A stretch of 63,807 nt of DNA, filler included, from Octopus bimaculoides (taxonomy: Eukaryota), in the NCBI RefSeq assembly GCF_001194135.2. It is 6 parts of 6 records of this genome, joined end to end, with 100 filler letters (N's around TTAATTAATTAA, not from the genome) between each part and the next. Parts side by side here need not be neighbours in the genome. Positions count along the whole stretch, not along the records: positions 46,843 to 58,562 come from NC_068985.1; positions 58,663 to 63,807 come from NC_068993.1; 4 more parts are not named here. One strand, given 5' to 3'. The stretch's first letter is position 1. Every line of letters begins with the position of its first letter. Below, one piece after another: positions 54,785-63,807 of this stretch. The notes under the pieces are model-generated. The model made no database searches. It was not told where the DNA came from and saw only the letters and a list, made by a program, of their open reading frames with translations. The translations under genes were made by a program, and so were the position numbers.

Positions 54785-57192
54785 TTTAAATTATTGTAAT
54801 TTCGTATTTTCTTAAGAAGATTTTAGTCCATGTTGTGTGTGGAGAAGTTTGTGAATGAATGATACAAGAAGTAGAAAAATCTAAGTGGAGGTAATCGGCG
54901 ATCGTTATTATTGGGGACAGGGGAGGTAATTGTTCNNNNNNNNNNNNNNNNNNNNNNNNNNNNNNNNNNNNNNNNNNNNNNNNNNNNNNNNNNNNNNNNN
55001 NNNNNNNNNNNNNNNNNNNNNNNNNNNNNNNNNNNNNNNNNNNNNNNNNNNNNNNNNNNNNNNNNNNNNNNNNNNNNNNNNNNNNNNNNNNNNNNNNNNN
55101 NNNNNNNNNNNNNNNNNNNNNNNNNNNNNNNNNNNNNNNNNNNNNNNNNNNNNNNNNNNNNNNNNNNNNNNNNNNNNNNNNNNNNNNNNNNNNNNNNNNN
55201 NNNNNNNNNNNNNNNNNNNNNNNNNNNNNNNNNNNNNNNNNNNNNNNNNNNNNNNNNNNNNNNNNNNNNNNNNNNNNNNNNNNNNNNNNNNNNNNNNNNN
55301 NNAATGAGATGGAATATTTACAATGATGGGTATGTGATCATGAATTAAAATATATACTGAGACCAAAGTTGGTTATGCGATCATATTTAGTCGTGTTCTG
55401 TATTTTTTGATGAACTAATTTTCTTTATTTAAACTTTATTGTACAGAAATTGATTCTTTGCACTGGTAGACGGTGAAACTGTGAAGTTTGGTTGGATATT
55501 ACCTGCACATCTCTCTATGTGTTCACTCAAAGGAATCTGGTTGTATTGCGGGAACCGTAGCTGTTCCTTATGTGGTGTGGTTTTCCGTCTCAGTGTCATA
55601 CTCGTCTGTCCTGTATAGTGATGACCACAAGACGAACAGCTTATAACATAAATTAGTTTCTCAGAAGTACAAGTGAAGTTGGTTTTAATCGTGAACCTCT
55701 CTCCTGGCTTGAATAGGAATTCAGAGGCTTCCAATAGGTTGGGGTATGTTCCACAGTTTGGGCATCCACATTTTTTAACCGTTGATTTCGTGGTTGTTGT
55801 GTAAAGGTTCGCATTTGTTAGAGGTCTTTTCAGCGATTTGTGTTGCTTTTTGCATTTGATGAATTTGTTTTCAGAATGTTATTCATTTTGGCATAGGTAG
55901 GTTTTGTACAAGAGTGTTGTATGCCTCATTGTTTCTAGGGTCGTGAGTTGATATATACGGTAGTGTTTTGATATGAAAAGTGGTGTTGCGCTTCGTTACC
56001 CTTAGTGTTTTAATGCCTAATTTCTTAGCACGCTTACTTCCATCGTCCATAAGTGAGGGTGGATATTGTCTTTCAGTTAGTACTGTTCTGAGGTCTTGAA
56101 GACGAAGGTCCCGAGTATTTCCATCAGACACTATTGTGCAAGTCCTTTTTGCTACATTAAAGGGGACATTTCTTTTGGTGTGTTTCGGATGGCATGAGCT
56201 AAACAGGAGACATTGATTCGAGTCCGTTGGTTTATGAGAAATGTCATAGGGAGCTGTTCTTTGCTATATTGAATTGTAAATTGAATGTTAGGGATTATAT
56301 TAGTTAGTATTGATTTAAATTCCAACAGTTTATCAAAGGTTTCCTTCTAAATGATAAAGTAGTCATCCAGGTATTTTTTCCATATTTTTGCTATGACACT
56401 TCATATATGGTGAATTCAAAATATCCCTTTATTAGGTTCGCAAGTACAGAGGCTGCTTTCGTTCCCATCGCAATTCCACATTTTTTACGATAGTAGATGT
56501 CACCAAATAGGAAATAATTCTTCTGAAGTATAAATTTTAAAGTTTCAATAATAAAAACCTGGTTTATGCGTTCCAGAAGTACTTCGGGATACTTTTCCAG
56601 TCAAAGTTTTATTGCTTCTATTTCATAGTCATATGGGATGTTGGTGTAAAGATTAAATTAACAGCATCGAAGGAAACCAATAATGTCTCTTCATTAGTTG
56701 TTTTTGGTAGGTGCTTAAGCATGTCTGAATCATCTCTAACGAACCTTTTGATATATTTCAGCAAGTATTTCAGTAGGATGTCTAGAAAATTGCACAGGCT
56801 GGGCTAGCTATAATGGGTCTTAACTTTAAATCTTTTGGCGCTAAGCTTTTTATGTATTTGCCTGGTAATTGTTTGCAGGCTTCATTAATCATCTTGCTCT
56901 TGAGTATTTTAGGTAGGCCGTAAAAAACATTAGGTTTACATTTAACGTTTGTGATGTAATCTATTTCTTTTTCTGTGGGGCCTTTTCCATGTAGATGAAT
57001 TAAGGATGCAACATTTTTCATTGTATTTTGTTGTTTATAGTTTACAGCTTTTCCGCAGAAGGTATCGTTTTCTAGCATGGATAATATTAGGTTTTTGTAG
57101 TACTCTGTGTCCATCAGAACTATAGTACTTCTTTTGTCTGCTTCTTTAATTGTCAATTCTTAGTCGTTTTGTAGCTCAATTAGATTTTTCCA

Positions 57193-57609
57193 ATGAAGTA
57201 CTTGTATGCTGTCAACTTAATGTGACAGTCCCCTGAAGGGAATAGTACTACTGTTGGTTAGACCTAGGAAGCTGCACCGCTTCCTGTCGGCCTTGACACA
57301 TTTCCTGTGTCCTTATGTTTACAAGAGGCAGACAAGTACCTCCACCCAGCTAAGCCTGCATCCAGAGACATGTTTCTGAGTGTTTGCTCGTCATTAGTCT
57401 GGAGTAGCATGACCTGCTTGTCTCCCTCTTGTAAACAAGGACACAGGAAATGTGTCAAGGCCGACAGGAAGCGATGCAGCTTCCTAGGTCTAACCAACAG
57501 TAGTATTATTCTTTTCAGCGGACAGTCACATTAAGTTGACAGCATACAACTACTTCATCGTATCACTACTGCATAAATCTCTCTGAGAGATTTAGAAATG
57601 TATTATTTC
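57193..57609 (+). mobile_element. 417-bp fold-back insertion with a 12-bp target-site duplication, inside the PLE ORF
   Basis: TAGATTTTTCCA at 57181-57192 and 57610-57621. Inverted arms at 57193-57338 and 57415-57558 differ by 9 substitutions and one 2-nt indel. Removing the insertion restores the PLE frame. The strand is inferred from an AT-rich tail only. Confidence 0.9.
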
Positions 57610-58529
57610 TAGATTTTTCCATTCGAGATTGTTGAGGTTTGAATTAATTTTTCGCTGATGGAAAGTATTTGAGAAATTTTGAATATGGTCGCAGAAGTTA
57701 ACTGTTTTATTCCTAACTTTAAGCGGAAGATAATTGCTTCTGTTTTTCATTAGTGATTCATCCTCATTGCTGTAGTTAATTAGCGCTTCTGTGAGTCGTA
57801 GTTTTCTTCAGAATTCCAAAATATTGTCTTTAATTCCATTCTGGTTAGATCTTCGTGGGGTTCGGATAAATTTTAATCCCTTAATTAGTATACTGATTTT
57901 TGTTGCAGAGATAGTTTTCATTGATAAATTCATTACTTTGGGTTTCTCCTGTATGTTTTGTTCCAACGTGTGCCCCTGTTTCTCTAGACTCGGTCTAAAA
58001 GATGTTTACTGTAATTTGATTGGTAGAATTATCAGTGCTCTTAATTATATTAGGATTGCTGGGAGCCTGATTTTGCTATCTGGGTAAATTGGTTGGAAAT
58101 ATATAGTTCGGGTTTCTTCGTTGGTATAAATTATCGGGGTTCATAATTATGTTTGAGATGCTGAGGGGTTGGTTTTGCTGTCTGGGTAAATAGGTTGGAA
58201 TTCCGTTAGTCGAGTTTCTTCGATGAGGGGTAGAAGTCCCTTGGATCTTATTTGTTGGTGAGGAGAAATAATTACTCCTAAACCAAGGTTGGTTTCTTCT
58301 TGTATTTCATATTAGATTTAGAGTGGTTTACTTCCAAGCGAGAAATTAGTTTTGTGCGTTTGTGTACTTTAGATGTTTATAGATTGATCTAGTTGGACCT
58401 TTATTTCTGTAGATGTATTTGTTCTAGACACTTTCAGGAAGGGGTTATCTGAACTGTAGTCTCTTTAAAACGGAGTTTCGTAACTAAAGAACTGTGTGTG
58501 AGTGTACACTTACACACACACACACACAC

Positions 58530-58562
<33 letters not shown>

Positions 58563-60068
58563 NNNNNNNNNNNNNNNNNNNNNNNNNNNNNNNNNNNNNN
58601 NNNNNNTTAATTAATTAANNNNNNNNNNNNNNNNNNNNNNNNNNNNNNNNNNNNNNNNNNNNTACTTGATTTATCTCTTTCTTAAATGGCTCTACCCTCC
58701 TGATCTTGGTATTTTATAAGGGCCTTTATATAAATAACCCTTCTAAACAAGTACCACTAAGAAACTATAAATATCATGTAAGGAGTAACAATAATAACTT
58801 CTTAAACATATAATATAACCCTTAGTTTATATACAGAAAGATTAGTGTAAAATATGAATGTTCCATAACTTAAATATTCCTTTAGCTGATACCAGACATC
58901 AGTCTTTTATTGATATTAGCTAAATAAGTTAATATATAATTTTCAGTCTAATATATTTTGAATTATTATACTTTTTCTATAAATCTTCTCTATTGGTGTT
59001 AATAAGCTACATATACTTTACCATAGTATTAGTAATTAAGCTATTTTATTCCTTTTCTCTGGTGTTCTGCCCTACTTGATTATTTTATTTCATTTCTTTA
59101 TTTTATTTATTCATAAAATTAAGTTAATCTTTGTACATCTATAAATTCATACTTAGCTTATATAAAACTATACTGGTATATTCACTACTTATAAAAAAAA
59201 ACTTAGATTATAATTTTATTAATATATAATTAGCATGTTCTTTTACCTCAATACTCCTTTATTAATATCAGTATATACCAATTAATCAATATTCACAGAT
59301 ACCGTTTGATGAGTTAGTATTTAAGTGTACAATATATATAAATATTAAACTATTTCTGGATAATTTCTTTTCCTCCCTCTACTGTGGTAAAAGTTTGGTA
59401 TATACTCAAAAGTATTCATAAATTTCTCTCCTTTTGTTAATATATTCTTCTTAATAACCCTCTGAATAGCCATAAACTTTAACTGTATACAATATAGTAG
59501 CATTGTTTAAAACATTTAACTATAGTACTACATGACAAGACTTCCCCTGTTTCATTATCAATGGTCTACTAGTGGGCGACCCCCTTAGTTCTCAGCTAAC
59601 ATCTTGTTTTGAGTTTTCCTTTACCAAACATGATATTGCTTCTAATAAATCTTGATTTTTATGACTATACCAACTGTGATTTCTGTCTGCTCCCTCAGCC
59701 CTACCCCTAGCAGATACTGCCCTTTATTCTCTCAGCCTTAGATATACAAGGATTTGATAAACTAATCTATAAATTAAAACTGACCCCATAAAAACAAATA
59801 AAATCAGTGACAGGCAGAGTTTTCTTGATAATTTAGTAACTTCTATGCTGTAGTAGAGGCAACATGTTCTTTGTCAATCTCCTTAACTTCTTGGAGATTT
59901 TAGGTATAATTATACTAATGTGTCCGTCTGTTCTAATTTAATTAAATTCTATGTCTTTGTGCAGCTGAGGATTGCTCTGCATTTTAAATTGATATAATGA
60001 TTGCATTGTTCAATTAAATGGAGTTGCATGAAACAACCATACAGCATTACCTCTGGATATCCTTGTTG

Positions 60069-60107
<39 letters not shown>

Positions 60108-60566
60108 GTTTATGTATTTATTGGCTGATTTCATTTGTTTACTTCTACCACTTAAATACATATTTGTTACTATTTAATAAATAAATATAATGGAATGTTT
60201 ACTGGCTTTTTATATCCTCCATTTTCTTACTTGCCTTGTATATTTATATATGTGTGTGTGTGAGAGAGAGTGTATATGTATATGTATTCATGTATTCATG
60301 TATATATACATTGGGGAACTGTTTATTAACAAGTTATATCTATTAATTAACCAAAAAGACACATCTGCATTGTTGGATGCTCCTGAACCAGCTGTTAAGT
60401 ATCCCAAACATAAGGGATCAATGCTAGATGTGTTGAAACAATTGTTGTGATTAATAAAAAATCTCGTATCTTCCATCTTCCATTTACCATATATATATAT
60501 ACATATATCATTTTTAGAAAAACATAAATCTGGAGAAGAAGCACACTCTAGAAGTAGAGCAGTTTA

Positions 60567-60705
60567 TATTTTTTCCTGGTGAAGGCCAGTTTATGGGGTT
60601 ACCCAGTTTTAGTATCAAGATATGCGTTGGCATCCCAGTGGGTTTAAGTGTGTTCAGAAATTCAACAGGGTATTGAATATAAACTGGCCTTCACCAGGAA
60701 AAAAT

Positions 60706-60706
<1 letters not shown>
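60567..60706. mobile_element. 140-bp element: perfect 28-bp inverted arms around a copied Helitron helicase segment
   Basis: Arms 60567-60594 and 60679-60706 (tattttttcctggtgaaggccagtttat and its reverse complement). Inner 60601-60677 matches 61312-61388 at 69/77. Confidence 0.9.
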
Positions 60707-60746
<40 letters not shown>

Positions 60747-62720
60747 CTAGCTGAATGACCCGACATTGCCCAGCTTACTGCTGTTCTTACTCAGATTAGT
60801 AAACAATAAATATAAAGATATATTCTCATAATTATTTCAAAATATCTATATTTTATGAAAAAATATCCAAATTGTTATGATAATAGAATTTCCAACTGAA
60901 AACCTGTCAATGTTGAAGCATCTCAGGGTAAACAATATTCATTGTGTAATTTTTTGTTGATGTCCAAATGAATAAATCCTTGCTGCTTCCAAGTCACGAG
61001 CAAGCAACATAGAGTTGGCCATGAGAGAAGCATGTAGTAGAGAGATGAAGTCCAACTACATTGAGGGATTGACTCTGAGACTTGTTAATTGAAATACCAA
61101 AACTTAGTTTGACTGGAAACTGAAGTATCTTAAATTCAAATGGAACATCTATAGGTATGAAAGGAATTTTTGGAATAAAGACATTTTCTGCTTTGTGACT
61201 ACCTGCTGTGATTGTTGCCTGTAGGACATGGGGCTTCATGGAAGTAACAGTTAAGTGAGTTTCATTACACAGGTGAGATAGATCAAGATTTTTAAGCAAC
61301 ATAATGGGAGCACCCAGTATTAGTGCCAAGTTATGCTGTGGCATCCCAGTGGGTTTGAGTGTGTTCGGAAATTCAACAGGGTATTGAACAACCTGAACTT
61401 GATCAACTGCTGTCAATTGATCGAAAAGTCATTTCTGATGTCTCTGTTGACTTTTGAAGTTCATGATTGAGTTCATCATTTCATTAGATGGGGCCTGTTT
61501 AGCTCTTTCACATAGCCAGTATACACCAGTGTAATTGACAGATAAGTTAGGAAATACTTTATCCATAAAAACCTTAAAAGAAAGTATCAATTGATCACAT
61601 GTAATTTCATGTTGCTGAAGTCTTGGGTTGAATGTTAATATCCCATTATCAATCTTATGAAGCTTGTACAATCACCTTGTAGAAGTATTCTCATGTTGCT
61701 TGTAAGATGAAGTTTTTTTCACATGTCGCCAAAGTTACGATTTTTGTAAGCATACATTGACCTCATCAGCTTTTGATCCTTTGGGTATAATTGGCAATGT
61801 TTAACAAAAATCTCCAGCAAGAAGAACTGTTACTCCTCCCATGGGCATGCTACTGTTTTTTATGTCCTGGAAGGTATGGTCAAGTACCTCTAGAGCTCCA
61901 CGATGTGACATAGTGCACTCATCCCAAACAACATTGCAGAGTTTTTGGAAATGTTGCACATTTGAGATTCTTCCCCTGCAAGGTTTAGATGGAGCTTGAA
62001 CATAGAATGAACAGTTCTTTCCCCCATTGAGGAGGGTAGCTGCAATACCAGAAGATGCAACATTGGAAGATTAGATTTTATTTCCTCCCATTTAGGACTG
62101 CAAGTGAAAGTGATAAAAAGATCTGGTTTTCCATGTACCCTGACATTTGTCATAGCATATTGTGTTTATCTGTGCATATACCATGGACCACCTGTGAATG
62201 ATGATGGGAGGATTATAAGGTGCCCCAAGTTTTGAATATCACCATCTGTCCTCAGAGCATCCTGGAGATGAACATAATTTCTAACCCTTAACTCTTTTTG
62301 ATTCTTATCAATGTAGAGGAGACACTCTCTCTCTCTCAACATTAGCATACACATCAACCAGGTATTGCTGAAAAAGATCATGATACATGTGTAACTGATT
62401 TAATTGTTCTGGTCTTAACATCAGTTGGTAAGAATAGAAGTCATTTGACGACACCTTTTTGTTTGTAATTGGCTCTCGTGTTGCAGGGTTAATGTGTGGA
62501 ATATTGAAATGATACTCATCTTGTCCATTCTACAGAATACAAGGATGCTGGAAAGCATCATAAGAAGGGTGGATCTCTGAAATATGTTTAAGCTTGTTAT
62601 CTTAAGCACAAATGAGAATATCACAATTTTCATGGGGATCACCCACCATAAGGATGACTACTTCATTAGTTGTGGGCTCATTGAAACAGTGTAAAATGTC
62701 CTTTACTACAGACATAACAA
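60747..62720 (-). mobile_element. Helitron RepHel pseudogene with canonical 3' end, internally deleted
   Basis: ISEIHPSYDA, FQQYLVDVYA, GKPDLFITFTCSPKW, VASSGIAATLL, VWDECTM, GGVTVLLAGDF, QFPVKLSFGISINKSQSQSL and FSHGQLYVACS. The minus strand ends with a GC-rich subterminal segment and CTAG|T at 60747. The 5' end was not identified. Confidence 0.9.
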
Positions 62721-63517
62721 ACACGGAAATACACACTAAACAGACATATACACTCATACACATGTATATATATATGTATAAATGTGTGTATGTTTAACTG
62801 TCTGAGGCCTAATGTATAAAAATTATCACACATACAGTCACACACACATACAGTCTGACATACATATACAAAGACAGACATATACTCACAGATACATACA
62901 CACTCATATAGAAAATGTAATATCATTGTCATCATCATAGTGGTGGTATAAAATGTCGTTTAAGATAGCTGAATTAGAGAAAGATTATAATATTAAATTT
63001 CTGTATTGCAAATATGTAAATGCAAATAAAGTTTATTTGGCAGCTGAAAGATTACTGAATCTTTTGATACCCCATACATCACATACATTTACTGAAACAG
63101 ACACATAGAGACATACAATACTGCACACCACAGACATATCTCTGTCCCTCTGTGTGTGTCTCTCACTTTAGAGGTGTGTGAGTGTGTGTGTGTGTCAGTC
63201 ATATATTCACTCACACACACATATTTCTCAGTCATCAGCCTAAAGTACATATCGAATGCGCAAACACACACACACTCACAGACACATACACACTCATACA
63301 GAAAATATGATGCCACCATAGTGGTATAAATTCAGCAAATAAACTTTTGAATGCATAAGGAACATATGCGTGTGCAAACACACACACACAGCTTTATATA
63401 TATATATACATACATATGTATACATAGATATGTATGCACATATACATATATATATAAATAGATACATATATATACACACACACGTGTATAGAAACATATA
63501 TATGTATACATACATAT

Positions 63518-63807
63518 CATCATCATCATCATCATCGTTTAACGTCCGCTTTCCATGCTAGCATGGGTTGGACGATTTGACTGAGGACTGGTGAAACCGG
63601 ATGGCAACACCAGGCTCCAGTCTGATTTGGCAGAGTTTCTACAGCTGGATGCCCTTCCTAACGCCAACCACTCAGAGAGTGTAGTGGGTGCTTTTACGTG
63701 TCACCCGCACGAAAACGGCCACGCTCGAAATGGTGTCTTTTATGTGCCACCCGCACAAGCCAGTCCAGGGGCACTGGCAACGATCTCGCTCGAAAATCCT
63801 ACAGGAG
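63518..63807 (-). mobile_element. 3' end of a SINE/LINE with a (GAT)n tail (RTE-type tail suspected)
   Basis: (cat)n cgtttaacgtccgctttccatgctagcatgggttggacg...ggatgcccttcctaacgccaacc; the same terminus occurs at 35455-35515. Confidence 0.55.

Larger units (their letters stand above)
54600..58495 (-). mobile_element. Penelope-like retroelement (RT plus GIY-YIG endonuclease), inactivated
   Basis: RT motifs TIKEADK, FYGLPKI, LRPII, LVSFDAV, CGIAMGT and YLDD, followed by the GIY-YIG region FTCTSEKLIYVISCSSCGHHYTGQTSMTLR. The ORF ends near 55375. Both boundaries are approximate and a gap lies in the 3' region. Confidence 0.9.

Noticed and set aside
58460-58492. Minus-strand TCTTTA...GAAAC TCC GTT TTAAAGA at the PLE 5' end
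   Set aside because: The CTGANGA box and stem II are absent, so it cannot be called a hammerhead.
60410-60455. GAAAC AATT GTT with palindromic stem III
   Set aside because: No recognisable CTGANGA box or stem II upstream.

Overview
Repeat-saturated animal genomic scaffold, about 10% N in about 23 gaps. The SINE families and microsatellite load resemble octopus/coleoid cephalopod genomes; this is recollection, not a database result. The only host coding sequence I can support is two phase-compatible + strand exons (51681-51832, 52703-52838) of a scavenger-receptor cysteine-rich (SRCR) domain protein, so much of the window is probably intronic. The rest is mobile DNA and simple repeats: five R4/Dong-like LINE fragments, CR1/L2 relics, a near-complete Penelope-like element (PLE), an internally deleted Helitron, a full-length dead mariner, three Tc1/mariner-superfamily fragments (one with 204-bp TIRs) and many SINEs. 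Nearly all ORFs in the supplied track are microsatellite or N-gap artefacts. The most unusual observations are: (i) a 417-bp insertion inside the PLE that is mostly a 366-nt hairpin and is flanked by a perfect 12-bp target-site duplication; (ii) four decayed minimal hammerhead-ribozyme motifs of PLE type; (iii) two small elements with inverted terminal arms, one of which uses a hammerhead-associated tail sequence as its arms and encloses a copy of the neighbouring Helitron helicase sequence.
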